Assembly (NCBI GenBank): GCA_016788705.1 | Contig: JAEUSQ010000027.1 | Location: 1,572-65,571, forward strand | Direction: 5' to 3' | Source of the DNA: Bacteroidota Order II. bacterium | GTDB taxonomy: Bacteria; Bacteroidota; Rhodothermia; Rhodothermales; UBA2364 | Length of the DNA: 64,000 nt | Shown: positions 55,501 through 64,000 of the stretch, piece after piece | Layout: the number at the start of each line of letters is the position of its first letter | Position numbering within the stretch: position 1 is the stretch's first letter | The notes under the pieces: model-generated | The model's database searches: none | The model's input: the letters and a program-made list of their open reading frames with translations, nothing else | Told to the model about the DNA's origin: nothing | Position numbers and translations under genes: made by a program

Positions 55501-56193
55501 CTATTTCCGGAAGTACTGACCATTATTAGCAGCGGCAAGTTGGCGAAGGAATGGCTCATCCTGATCCTCACCGATTCCAATGCAATTAATCACGATTTTT
55601 TTTGAGCGGTTCTTAGAGGCAACTAAGTTCAGGATTTCTTGTGCACTGGCATCCGTTGGCTGTCCATCCGTTACAAAGAAAATGGCATCTATCCCTGAAA
55701 CCCGGAAAGCCTGTTCTAAAGCGGCTTTTGCTGAAGTGCCTCCTCCAGATTGCACAGCGTCTATATATACAGCCGCCAAGTTTTTGTTGGTTGCTGAAGC
55801 CATAACTGGTGCGGAACGCCATGATTTTACTTTGTCTTCAAAAATCAACACAGAAAACTGCGTGCTTTCAGCCAGACCTTTAATTGTTGGAATCAACTCG
55901 CGTTTAGCGGACCCCAATTTGGTTGTCTGCTTTCTGATTTGGCTCCCAGCAATGTTCCCTAGGCGCCCCCCCACAGTTCGTTCTACAACATTCGCACCAG
56001 CATTGGCTGCCGCTGCGGTTGCCCGACCCGAAAGCCCCCCTTCATTTTTACCCTCCATACTTCCCGATATATCCATCACGAAGACAATGTTTTTGGCATC
56101 CGTGGAAATACCATAATATGTGGTTTGCTTTTTAAACAGGTAACATCCCGAGAATGATCCCAATAAAATGAATAGAACTAATAACTTACGCAT
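55501..56193 (-). CDS. von Willebrand factor type A (VWA) domain lipoprotein
   Basis: Lipobox LGSFSGC. MIDAS motif VFVMDISGSMEG. Second half FFVTDGQPTD. Confidence 0.8.
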   Translation of the reverse strand: MRKLLVLFILLGSFSGCYLFKKQTTYYGISTDAKNIVFVMDISGSMEGKNEGGLSGRATAAAANAGANVVERTVGGRLGNIAGSQIRKQTTKLGSAKRELIPTIKGLAESTQFSVLIFEDKVKSWRSAPVMASATNKNLAAVYIDAVQSGGGTSAKAALEQAFRVSGIDAIFFVTDGQPTDASAQEILNLVASKNRSKKIVINCIGIGEDQDEPFLRQLAAANNGQYFRK

Positions 56194-56318
56194 AACAACC
56201 TCCCCTATAGTTTAATGATGAAATGAGATTCGATGGTGGTTTGCACTACTTTAATCAACGACAATACAGCATGAAACGGACAGGCATTCTCGTTAAGTTA
56301 CCATGAATCTATTAATCA

Positions 56319-56346
56319 TGTAACCTTTTCGTAAGACAGGCCGTTA
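56319..56346 (+). promoter_or_regulatory. Candidate ECF-type promoter (AAC-N17-CGT) upstream of the ECF sigma gene
   Basis: TGTAACC at 56319-56325 and CGTTA at 56342-56346, about 27 nt before the start codon. Confidence 0.35.
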
Positions 56347-56372
56347 CTTCCGCGAACTGCACCCTAAACCCT

Positions 56373-56912
56373 ATGCTTAGACAACGGCAAAAATTCCAGA
56401 AATTGGTTGAACGGCATAAGAACCGCGTGTTTTCCTTTGCGCGGTATTACTTAGGCAATGCCGAAGACGCCGAAGATGTTACACAAGAAGTTTTGTTGCG
56501 TCTGTGGCATCATGGGATGGATCTGGAAGAAACGGTTTTAGCCGCTTGGCTAACCCGTGTAACCAAGAATGCTTGTGTGGATGCTTTGCGAAAGCGTCAA
56601 ACATATCAGGCAGCCGTCACAACCGATACGGAGCATGTTGCCCATTTGTTGATTGCCGACGAAGCACCTGCGCCGGATAAGATGTTGGAGGCAAAGCAAA
56701 TCCGACAACGGATTGAAGGGGCGCTCCAGAAAATCGGAGAACCGTATCGCTCCATTGTGGTTTGCCGAGAAATCCAAGACATGGCATATGAACAAATCGC
56801 TGAGTCATTGGATATTCCCCTGAACACCGTAAAAGTATATTTACATCGTGCCCGCAAAATGCTCCGAGAACACCTAACCACCCAATTGCCCTATGAAACC
56901 GTTAACTCTTGA
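56373..56912 (+). CDS. ECF-subfamily RNA polymerase sigma-70 factor
   Basis: Region 2 (AEDAEDVTQEVLLRLW) and region 4 HTH (IAESLDIPLNTVKVYLHRARKMLR). Confidence 0.9.
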   Translation: MLRQRQKFQKLVERHKNRVFSFARYYLGNAEDAEDVTQEVLLRLWHHGMDLEETVLAAWLTRVTKNACVDALRKRQTYQAAVTTDTEHVAHLLIADEAPAPDKMLEAKQIRQRIEGALQKIGEPYRSIVVCREIQDMAYEQIAESLDIPLNTVKVYLHRARKMLREHLTTQLPYETVNS

Positions 56913-57675
56913 ACAATTGGAACAGATGGACGCTTACCTTGCAGGAGCCCTGTCCGATGCCGAACACAAGCATTTTGAACACTTACTGGCCGATTCCCAG
57001 GCACTGCGTGATGAATTGCAACTGATACAGGACATGCGGCTTGCATTTACCCGTTTACCGGAAATGACCTGCCCAGACCGGGTAACCACACAAGTAATGG
57101 CGGCAGTAGATCAGGAGTTAAAAGCGCATTATCAGCAACGCTTAAGGGCTTTCTGGCATGTTTTAGTTGTACCGACGTGGCGGCCAGCCTTGGCAGTTGC
57201 CGCTTTGGGCCTACTTGTCGTTGCTGTTTTGGTGTTCCGTAACCCCGCTTTTGGACCTACTTCGCCTAAAGTAGCGCAACAATCGGGCAAACTTACCCCC
57301 AAAACTTCTGATAATGAAGCGCATCGGAAACGTATTGCTCCGATGCCCACCGAAGAACTTGCGGCCAACCTTCCCCCAACAACGGAAGCCCCAGGTCCTA
57401 CAATACGTCCGACCTCGTTAGGTCATACGAAGCGCACCGTTCGCCGCGCAACACGTAAAGCCAAAGACGTCCTCGTAACACCATCACCCCGTGCTGATGA
57501 AACATTTTCGGATGAAGATATTGCTCTTGCAAAAGACCAAGCGCAATGGATCATGGCGTTCCTCGGTACGGTTGCCAAAAAATCAGAATCCATCCAAGCA
57601 CAATATATGGAAGACCATGTGGTGGAACCCGTAAGACTGGCCGCTGCCGCTCCTTTCGAAGTGCTCAATCAATAA
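56893..57675 (+). CDS. Putative anti-sigma factor (single-pass membrane protein)
   Basis: It overlaps the sigma gene end. The N-terminal segment is anti-sigma-like (LEQMDAYLAGALSDAEHKHFEHLL). A central TM helix (ALAVAALGLLVVAVLVF) follows. Confidence 0.55.
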   Translation: MKPLTLEQLEQMDAYLAGALSDAEHKHFEHLLADSQALRDELQLIQDMRLAFTRLPEMTCPDRVTTQVMAAVDQELKAHYQQRLRAFWHVLVVPTWRPALAVAALGLLVVAVLVFRNPAFGPTSPKVAQQSGKLTPKTSDNEAHRKRIAPMPTEELAANLPPTTEAPGPTIRPTSLGHTKRTVRRATRKAKDVLVTPSPRADETFSDEDIALAKDQAQWIMAFLGTVAKKSESIQAQYMEDHVVEPVRLAAAAPFEVLNQ

Positions 57676-57781
57676 TATCTTGAACAAAGAACGTGGTACC
57701 CGTTTTTTGTGATGGCTCCATTTTACGGCACGCAAAGCGATGCCAACCATTTTTAGCGTTCCTTCAAAACAAAATACAATC

Positions 57782-59077
57782 ATGAAAATCTTTAAAAACC
57801 GCCTCGTGCATCTGGTTGTTTGGCTAATTCCCTTGCTCGTTTTTGGCAGCACCACTCATGCACAACCCATTGATTTTGACGCTTTAGATCGGTTTTTCGA
57901 CGAAGAACCCAAAATTGAAGTAACCCTAAAGGGTGCGCTCCTGAGAATGGGCGCCCGCGCTGCCGAAGCAGAAGATCCCGAAGCAGCGGCCATGATGCGC
58001 GATATTCGTGGCATTTATGTGCGTGGCTATCCAGTCAAGGGCCGTTCTATGGAAGATATCGGACGTAAAATGACCGGAATCTCGCGGAACCTAAAAGGCG
58101 AAGGATGGGATGTCGTAACCCGTGTACGCGACGAGGAAAGTAATGTGTATGTGATGGTGAAAGAAGGCCGAAACGACGATGTTCTTGGCATGTTGGTGAT
58201 GGTGTTGGATATGGATGACAAGGAGCCTATGGCAATGTTCGTTCACATTGATGGCAAAGTGGATCCGGATAAAATCGGACGTCTAACGGGCAACTTGAAC
58301 ATCAATGGTATGGAATATTTCTCTTCCAGCGGTAGGAGATCACATAACAGATCCCCTTATGTCCGCAATGTTTGCCCCGACGACGATGAAGACTGCATAG
58401 AGGCACCCAAAGTCCCTAAAATGAAGGAACATTGCGAAGAGGACGAGGAGGGCTGCGTGCAAATGCCGAGACTGCCAAAATTCAAAGAAACCTGTAAAGA
58501 CGACGAAGAAGATTGTATAGAAACTCCCAAACCAATCAGATTTAAGGTTTCGTGTGGAGATGACGAAGAAGACTGTGTACCCATGCCCGTTGCCGCTCCC
58601 AAACCGCCGTCGGGGGTCATGCCACCCAAGGCGCCAATGCCACCAGATAGTGCTTGCCCCGCTCCAGGAAAACCAGGATACAAAGCCTGCATGAAAGCCA
58701 AACGCGAGGTAGATCGTTCGCCCCTTAATGACAAGAAGCCCAAAGATCGGGGACAAAACATGAACTTTAATGACAACGACTGGGATCATCCCGCCGTTCA
58801 AAAAGCCCTACGATATGCCGGAATGGCCCTCAATATTGAAGATGGCTTCGATAAATTGCTACACTTGGCGGGGTCCCCGCTTTCCAACATGGCACAAGCC
58901 CCATCCCTGACAAATTTGCCCTATCTGCAATATTCCGACGTTTTATCGGAAGTGCTAGTACCCCAAGTCCGGCTGAATACCAGACCGGATGTACAGGTGC
59001 TGGAAGGGCTGAATGGCAATGTGAAGGTGCGGGTGGTTTATGATAAAAAGGACCGCACCATTACAATAGACCAATAA
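57782..59077 (+). CDS. DUF4252-domain protein with a C-terminal extension containing four Cys-acidic-Cys repeats
   Basis: Signal peptide. DUF4252-like IEVTLKGALLRMGARAAE...IRGIYVRGY...MFVHIDGKVD. Then 4 x 20-aa C-x-[DE]5-x-C units. The start was trimmed to the Met at 57782. Confidence 0.65.
   Translation: MKIFKNRLVHLVVWLIPLLVFGSTTHAQPIDFDALDRFFDEEPKIEVTLKGALLRMGARAAEAEDPEAAAMMRDIRGIYVRGYPVKGRSMEDIGRKMTGISRNLKGEGWDVVTRVRDEESNVYVMVKEGRNDDVLGMLVMVLDMDDKEPMAMFVHIDGKVDPDKIGRLTGNLNINGMEYFSSSGRRSHNRSPYVRNVCPDDDEDCIEAPKVPKMKEHCEEDEEGCVQMPRLPKFKETCKDDEEDCIETPKPIRFKVSCGDDEEDCVPMPVAAPKPPSGVMPPKAPMPPDSACPAPGKPGYKACMKAKREVDRSPLNDKKPKDRGQNMNFNDNDWDHPAVQKALRYAGMALNIEDGFDKLLHLAGSPLSNMAQAPSLTNLPYLQYSDVLSEVLVPQVRLNTRPDVQVLEGLNGNVKVRVVYDKKDRTITIDQ
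58373..58612 (+). repeat. Four tandem 60-bp coding repeats: C(P/E/K/G)DD(D/E)E(D/G)C(I/V)x(A/M/T)P(K/R)xPK(M/F)K(E/V)x
   Basis: The units are CPDDDEDCIEAPKVPKMKEH, CEEDEEGCVQMPRLPKFKET, CKDDEEDCIETPKPIRFKVS and CGDDEEDCVPMPVAAPKPPS. Confidence 0.85.
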
Positions 59078-59094
59078 TAAACCAGCCCTAATCT

Positions 59095-59631
59095 ATGAAA
59101 TTACGTTATTTAACTTTGGCTTTGCTGCTTCCTCTTCTTTCGGGCTGTTTGGGTTCTTCCCATATGCAACAGGTTCGTTGGGATTTAGAGCGCCAACAAG
59201 AGAGTGGGTCTTACCGCAAAATAGTGGGTGTCCATGCCGGACCTGCACTCTTGGGCTTGGCCCGTTGGATCGTTTCATGGACCGATCAGGAAGATGATTG
59301 GGATGCTCGGCGGATTATGCAGCACTTTCACCGCGCTTACGTCCGCGTTTATGAATTCCGAGGACGCCCCACGCAAGCCTCGCTACGAATGCCCAAGGCT
59401 TTACGCGACCTCCAACATGACGGCTGGGAAACAGCCCTCAGTGTTCGGGAAGAAGGCAGCAATGTCTGGATGCTGTATAAAGAACGGTATGGAAATGTCC
59501 GCGATTTGTATATGGTGGTAGTAGATGAAGAAGACTTGGTTATGATACGGGCCAAAGGAAATTTCAACGAATTGGTAGAAGAAGCCATTGCGACACAAAA
59601 CCCTGCTTTTCGTCTTAAACGAAAGCAGTAA
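59095..59631 (+). CDS. DUF4252-domain lipoprotein
   Basis: Lipobox LLSGC. YVRVYEF...GWETALSVREEGSNVWMLYKE...MVVVDEEDLVMIRAKGNF pattern as in the preceding paralogue. Confidence 0.7.
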   Translation: MKLRYLTLALLLPLLSGCLGSSHMQQVRWDLERQQESGSYRKIVGVHAGPALLGLARWIVSWTDQEDDWDARRIMQHFHRAYVRVYEFRGRPTQASLRMPKALRDLQHDGWETALSVREEGSNVWMLYKERYGNVRDLYMVVVDEEDLVMIRAKGNFNELVEEAIATQNPAFRLKRKQ

Positions 59632-59664
59632 TCAAAACTCCCAAAAGGCATTTTTGCCTCCTCA

Positions 59665-59699
59665 AAAGGATGTATGGCGAGACAGTACATCCTTTTTTT
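59665..59699 (+). terminator. Rho-independent terminator ending the ECF/DUF4252 operon
   Basis: AAAGGATGTA pairs with TACATCCTTT over 10 bp, followed by TTTTT. Confidence 0.8.
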
Positions 59700-59830
59700 A
59701 TGCTAAGACGAGAAGTCTCATCAATTCAACTTTTAGATCTTTCCATATTGCAGCCAAAAGCCCTCAACATATCGCTATCCTTTTTTATATATTGATCAGG
59801 CTTTCGAATCACCTTTAAGCTTGTAACCAC

Positions 59831-60940
59831 ATGAAATGGTGTCTCTTTCTCCTCGGCCTTTTATCCCTGCATTGCAACCAAGCCAACACTCCCAAATCCA
59901 TTGGACAAACGAAGATAAAATTACCGGAGGGCTTTGAAATTAATGTATTTGCAGACAACGTGATCAATGCCCGCTCCCTGAGCCAGTCTCCTGATGGAAC
60001 GTTGTTTGTGGGGACTAAGTCTGAAGGCAAGGTATATGCCCTACGCGACGAAGATGGCGACGGCGTTGCAGAAAAGCGGTACACCATTGCCAAAAACATG
60101 AATACGCCAAATGGTGTTGCGTATCACGACGGTGCATTATTTGTGGCGGAAATAGACAAGATTTGGAGATTCGATCATATCATTTCTCACCTTACCAATC
60201 CTCCGAAACCTGTTTTGGTGACGGACGAATTACCCGAAGAAACCCATCACGGCTGGAAGTTTATTGCGTTTGGACCAGACGGGAAGCTATACGTACCTGT
60301 TGGTGCACCCTGCAATGTTTGTAAAGAAGACGATCCTGTTTTTTCCAGCATCCTACGCATGAATCCTGATGGAACTGGCCGCGAGATTTTTGCAAGTGGC
60401 GTCCGAAACTCCGTTGGTTTTAGTTGGCATCCGGTTACAGGCCATCTATGGTTTACGGATAACGGGCGTGATATGCTGGGAGACGACTTGCCACCCGATG
60501 AACTTAATCATGCTCCTGTGGCGGGCCTTCATTTTGGTTTTCCTTTCTGCCATGCGGGTGAAATTAATGACCCAGAGTTTGGGAAAGAAAAACCCTGTGG
60601 TCCATCTTTTACTCGGCCCGTCCAGAAACTCGGCCCTCACGTCGCGGCCCTTGGGATGCGATTTTATACAGGGAACCTTTTTCCCAAAACCTATAAAAAA
60701 CAAATATTTATAGCAGAACATGGTTCTTGGAACCGAAGCAACAAGATCGGTTATCGGATCTCTCTTGTCCGTTTAGATGAACGGGGGCAAGCACATTCCT
60801 ACGAAACGTTTGCCGAAGGTTGGTTGTCGGATGATGTCGTCAGTGGACGCCCGGTAGATGTACTCGTTTGGCGGGACGGCAGCCTATTGGTCTCCGACGA
60901 CTTTGGGGATAAAATTTACCGAATTATGTGGCGCGGATAA
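59831..60940 (+). CDS. PQQ-dependent sugar (glucose/sorbosone) dehydrogenase family, beta-propeller
   Basis: Signal/lipoprotein-like start. Motifs PNGVAYHDGALFVAE, GHLWFTDNGRD, FGFPFCH and AEHGSWNR. Confidence 0.85.
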   Translation: MKWCLFLLGLLSLHCNQANTPKSIGQTKIKLPEGFEINVFADNVINARSLSQSPDGTLFVGTKSEGKVYALRDEDGDGVAEKRYTIAKNMNTPNGVAYHDGALFVAEIDKIWRFDHIISHLTNPPKPVLVTDELPEETHHGWKFIAFGPDGKLYVPVGAPCNVCKEDDPVFSSILRMNPDGTGREIFASGVRNSVGFSWHPVTGHLWFTDNGRDMLGDDLPPDELNHAPVAGLHFGFPFCHAGEINDPEFGKEKPCGPSFTRPVQKLGPHVAALGMRFYTGNLFPKTYKKQIFIAEHGSWNRSNKIGYRISLVRLDERGQAHSYETFAEGWLSDDVVSGRPVDVLVWRDGSLLVSDDFGDKIYRIMWRG

Positions 60941-60964
60941 TTCATCCTGCCAAAAACCTCGTTT

Positions 60965-62149
60965 CTAAAGCCCAAACTCCGCCTTAACCTCGGCAAAAGC
61001 CGCGAGGGCCAAATCGAGGTCTTCGTGGGTGTGGGCCGCAGAAACCTGCGTACGAATCCGTGCACTTCCACGAGGAACAACCGGAAAGAAAAACCCAATC
61101 ACATAGACACCTTTTTCCAGCATCCGATTAGCCACCCGCTGCGAGAGGGCTGCATCACCCAGCATCACAGGGACAATGGGATGAACACCTGGAATAATGT
61201 TTAGTCCAATCTTTTCAAGCCCTTGTCTAAAATAACGTGTATTGTTTTCCAAACGATCCCGAAGTTCAGTGGAGGCTTCCAGAAGATCAAGCACCTTCAG
61301 CGAGGCAGTTGTAATGGCGGGCGCGAGCGTGTTGGAGAACAAATACGGACGCGACCGCTGGCGAAGTATTTCCACAATTTCCTTCCGACCACTCGTATAA
61401 CCTCCGCTTGCTCCACCGAGTGCTTTGCCCAACGTACCTGTAATCACATCCACCCGATCCATCACTCCACAATGTTCGTGTGTTCCTCTGCCCATTTTTC
61501 CCATAAAACCAACGGCATGGCTATCATCCACCATAACCAAAGCATTGTATTGATCTGCCAAGTCACAAATGGCCGCTAAATTCGCCACAATGCCATCCAT
61601 CGAGAATACCCCATCGGTTGCAATGAGTTTAAAGCGTGCCTGACTGGCTTCTTTTAATTTCGTCTCCAAATCATCCATTCGGTTATTTTCATACCGAAAT
61701 CGCTGTGCTTTACAAAGCCGAATACCATCAATAATGCTGGCATGGTTTAAGGCATCCGAAATAATCGCATCTTCTTCTCCCAAAAGCGTCTCGAACAACC
61801 CGCCATTGGCATCAAAGCAAGAAGAGTATAAAATTGTGTCTTCGGTTCCCAGAAACTGTGAAAGACGGTTTTCTAATGTTTTATGGATGTCTTGTGTCCC
61901 ACAAATAAACCGCACCGAAGCCATGCCATAGCCATGTGCATCGAAACTTTCCCTTGCGGCTGACACTACTTCGGGGTGATTCGCCAATCCTAAATAGTTA
62001 TTTGCACACATATTCAGGACTTCCCGTCCATCGGCCGTCGTAATGCGGTTATTTTGTGGGCTTGTAATCACCCGTTCCCGTTTAAATAATCCAGCGTCAT
62101 CTATTTCGGCCAGATTTTTTCTAAGGTGTTCAAAAAATGCTGTTCGCAT
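60965..62149 (-). CDS. kbl: Glycine C-acetyltransferase (2-amino-3-ketobutyrate CoA ligase)
   Basis: Class II aminotransferase. PLP-Lys motif [14 protein letters not shown]. Directly downstream of tdh. Confidence 0.93.
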   Translation of the reverse strand: MRTAFFEHLRKNLAEIDDAGLFKRERVITSPQNNRITTADGREVLNMCANNYLGLANHPEVVSAARESFDAHGYGMASVRFICGTQDIHKTLENRLSQFLGTEDTILYSSCFDANGGLFETLLGEEDAIISDALNHASIIDGIRLCKAQRFRYENNRMDDLETKLKEASQARFKLIATDGVFSMDGIVANLAAICDLADQYNALVMVDDSHAVGFMGKMGRGTHEHCGVMDRVDVITGTLGKALGGASGGYTSGRKEIVEILRQRSRPYLFSNTLAPAITTASLKVLDLLEASTELRDRLENNTRYFRQGLEKIGLNIIPGVHPIVPVMLGDAALSQRVANRMLEKGVYVIGFFFPVVPRGSARIRTQVSAAHTHEDLDLALAAFAEVKAEFGL

Positions 62150-62150
62150 G

Positions 62151-63191
62151 TTATGCCTCCCAATTAAGGATTACTTTTCCACTCAGACCAGCCTTCATTA
62201 AGTCGAACCCTTGTTGAAATTCGGTATAATGGAAGCGGTGGGTAATAATTCCAGAAATATCCAATCCACTTTGAAGCATTGCCGTAGTTTTATACCATGT
62301 TTCATAAATTTTGCGCCCATAAATGCCCTGAATGGTGAGGCTATTAAAAATCACCTTATCCCAATCTATGACGGTATGGTTTGGTAGAATACCCAAGAGG
62401 GCAATTTTTCCACCGTGCATCAGGTTGTCCACCATTTGCGAAAATCCAGCAGGGCTTCCACTCATTTCCAAGCCTACATCAAACCCCTCGCGCATGTCCA
62501 GCTCCTGTTGAACATCGGCTAAACTTTCGTTCCGTACATCCACAACTCGGGTAGCACCCAGTTTTTCAGCAAGAGACAACCGATACGGATTGATGTCTGT
62601 GACCACCACATGACGTGCGCCAGCGTGGCGAGCAATTGCAGCCGCCATACACCCGATGGGTCCAGCGCCTGTGATCAGCACATCCTCTCCTAACAATTCA
62701 AATGTTAGGGCGGTATGAACGGCATTCCCCAACGGATCAAAGCAAGAAAGCACATCAAGATCTAGCCCGTCGGCTGCATGCCAGACATTTGCCGAGGGAA
62801 TGGCAATATACTCTGCAAAGGCACCGGTACGGTTCACTCCTACGCCCATCGTATTTTTACACAAATGGCGTCGGCCTGCTAAACAATTCCGGCACGTACC
62901 ACAGACGATATGACCTTCTCCAACCACCACCTCTCCTACCGAAAAATGTTCCACATTGTCGCCACAATCTACGATACACCCAACAAACTCGTGCCCAATG
63001 GTCATGGGTGGTTTTATGGTTCGCTGTGCCCATTCATCCCATTTCTCAATATGCACATCGGTCCCACATATCGAAGACTTCATCACACGGATCAACACGT
63101 CGTTATCCCCCATCTGGGGCTTTTTCACCGTTGCAAGGGCAACTCCCGGAGCAGCGGTTGGCTTGATGATGGCTTTCATATTTTTCAGCAC
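62151..63191 (-). CDS. tdh: L-threonine 3-dehydrogenase
   Basis: Zn-ADH motifs GHEFVGCIV and [18 protein letters not shown] fold LITGAGPIG. tdh-kbl gene pair. Confidence 0.95.
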   Translation of the reverse strand: MLKNMKAIIKPTAAPGVALATVKKPQMGDNDVLIRVMKSSICGTDVHIEKWDEWAQRTIKPPMTIGHEFVGCIVDCGDNVEHFSVGEVVVGEGHIVCGTCRNCLAGRRHLCKNTMGVGVNRTGAFAEYIAIPSANVWHAADGLDLDVLSCFDPLGNAVHTALTFELLGEDVLITGAGPIGCMAAAIARHAGARHVVVTDINPYRLSLAEKLGATRVVDVRNESLADVQQELDMREGFDVGLEMSGSPAGFSQMVDNLMHGGKIALLGILPNHTVIDWDKVIFNSLTIQGIYGRKIYETWYKTTAMLQSGLDISGIITHRFHYTEFQQGFDLMKAGLSGKVILNWEA

Positions 63192-63254
63192 ATTGGTTTA
63201 ACCTATCCGGATGATTCCGGTGTTATAGGAAGATACAACATTTTATAAAAGCGC

Positions 63255-63320
63255 TTCCAGAACATCTTTGGAAGTTTTCTGGAACCAGCAAGGTATGTCA
63301 AAACCAGCAAAGTATGTCAA
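63255..63320. promoter_or_regulatory. Palindrome plus tandem 19-bp direct repeat upstream of tdh-kbl (candidate regulator binding region)
   Basis: TTCCAGAA (63255-63262) and TTCTGGAA (63277-63284) form an inverted pair. AACCAGCAAGGTATGTCAA (63283-63301) and AACCAGCAAAGTATGTCAA (63302-63320) repeat with 1 mismatch. Confidence 0.35.
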
Positions 63321-63411
63321 ACAGCGGAAGAAAAAAACCAGCCCTTTATGAAAGAACTGGCTGAGAACTGTATGGAAAAGCCTCCCTCTGCTTACCAAAC
63401 ACCATGAGTAC

Positions 63412-63795
63412 TCAAGGAACAACGGGTAAATTGGCCCGTTTCCAGCGTTGAAGTCCACCCTGAACGCTCATAACATTACTATACCCCCAAGCCACCGCCT
63501 GACGGGCTGCCGAGCCTGCACGAGAGCCTGTTTGACAGATAAACATGATGGGTGTATTGGTGTTGAGTGGTAAGCGTTTAGGGGAGATTTCGCGCAAGGG
63601 CAATGGACGTGCCCCTTGAATTTCTCCATGGGATTTTCGGTCAAACTCTTCGCGGATATCGAATAGGATGGTACCGGATTTTAATAATTCATAAGCATCG
63701 TGTACTGAAACTTCTTTTACCCTAAAAACCGTGAGTTTCAGGTTTTTGGGTTTGCTTGGTGGCTCTTTTGTTTTGAACCAATCAAAGATAGACAT
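63412..63795 (-). CDS. Rhodanese-like domain protein
   Basis: Active-site loop FICQTGSRAGSAA (CxxGxR). The start was trimmed to the Met at 63795. Confidence 0.8.
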   Translation of the reverse strand: MSIFDWFKTKEPPSKPKNLKLTVFRVKEVSVHDAYELLKSGTILFDIREEFDRKSHGEIQGARPLPLREISPKRLPLNTNTPIMFICQTGSRAGSAARQAVAWGYSNVMSVQGGLQRWKRANLPVVP

Positions 63796-64000
63796 GGTAT
63801 TGATGAAGGTTAGCGTGAAGGTATATAAATAAACCACAAATTGGGATTCAAAATTAACCGGGTTTACGCGCTTGTAAGACCCCATATCGCAAAAGCCCGG
63901 TCCGGTGCCCGCTCCATAAAAGCCGGAGCATCAACAGATGCCGAACAAAAGGCCACCCGGAGTGGACAGCCAGTTTAATGCTGCGCCAGCGCAGTGCAGG

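Noticed and set aside
55580-56116. 178-aa plus-strand ORF antisense to the VWA lipoprotein gene.
   Set aside because: The VWA frame carries a lipobox and MIDAS motif. The antisense translation is low-complexity.
58340-58801. Two minus-strand ORFs (139-153 aa) antisense to the Cys-acidic repeat region.
   Set aside because: They are generated by the repeat periodicity. The sense frame continues an ORF with signal peptide and DUF4252 motifs.
63886-64000. GC-rich terminal 115 nt, a possible partial gene at the window edge.
   Set aside because: Too short, with no ORF in the track and no motif. It cannot be annotated.

Overview
64-kb chromosomal window with a backbone of roughly 50% G+C judged by eye. 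It holds about 55 protein-coding genes. I found no rRNA, tRNA or CRISPR array. The gene content suggests a Bacteroidota/Rhodothermota-like (FCB group) bacterium: an ECF sigma/anti-sigma/DUF4252 module, a LytTR two-component system, a GxxExxY protein, IS982 and Harbinger-type IS relics, a LysM-RlpA protein and a Lys/Arg-rich bS22-like micro-ORF. That taxonomic guess is inference, not a search result. Backbone genes include ppdK, a histidine kinase / P-type ATPase / LytTR regulator operon, def, an AlkA-like glycosylase, a GAF-PP2C phosphatase, LemA-TPM, an M16 peptidase pair, udk, yaaA, sdaA, phaR-phasin-patatin, rpsU, a Kgd/OdhA-type fused 2-oxoglutarate dehydrogenase, and tdh-kbl. Four patches look accessory or compositionally deviant. 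(A) 1-4.2 kb is an AT-rich island with a decayed Type I R-M locus: hsdM is intact, hsdS is cut to 136 aa and no hsdR is seen. A GxxExxY gene cassette bounded by 13-bp inverted repeats sits exactly between hsdM and hsdS. The island also has a G/T-skewed non-coding stretch and a split PIN-like protein. (B) 27.1-30.5 kb holds a single very GC-rich gene, a tentative PhlG-like hydrolase fused to an FAD/BBE oxidase, in AT-rich flanks next to an IS982 relic. (C) 35.5-38.9 kb holds an AT-rich secreted TPR-MORN protein and a decayed IS with intact TIRs and a 3-bp TSD. (D) 41.8-49.5 kb is a tightly packed minus-strand operon: SNF2 ATPase, a 640-aa unknown protein with an AT-hook-like start, a DEDDh exonuclease/GIY-YIG nuclease fusion, and a class IV aminotransferase. 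Patch D is my best candidate for an undescribed translocase-adaptor-nuclease system. All domain calls rest on motif recognition by eye. No HMM, BLAST or folding program was run, and G+C figures are hand counts of single 60-nt lines.
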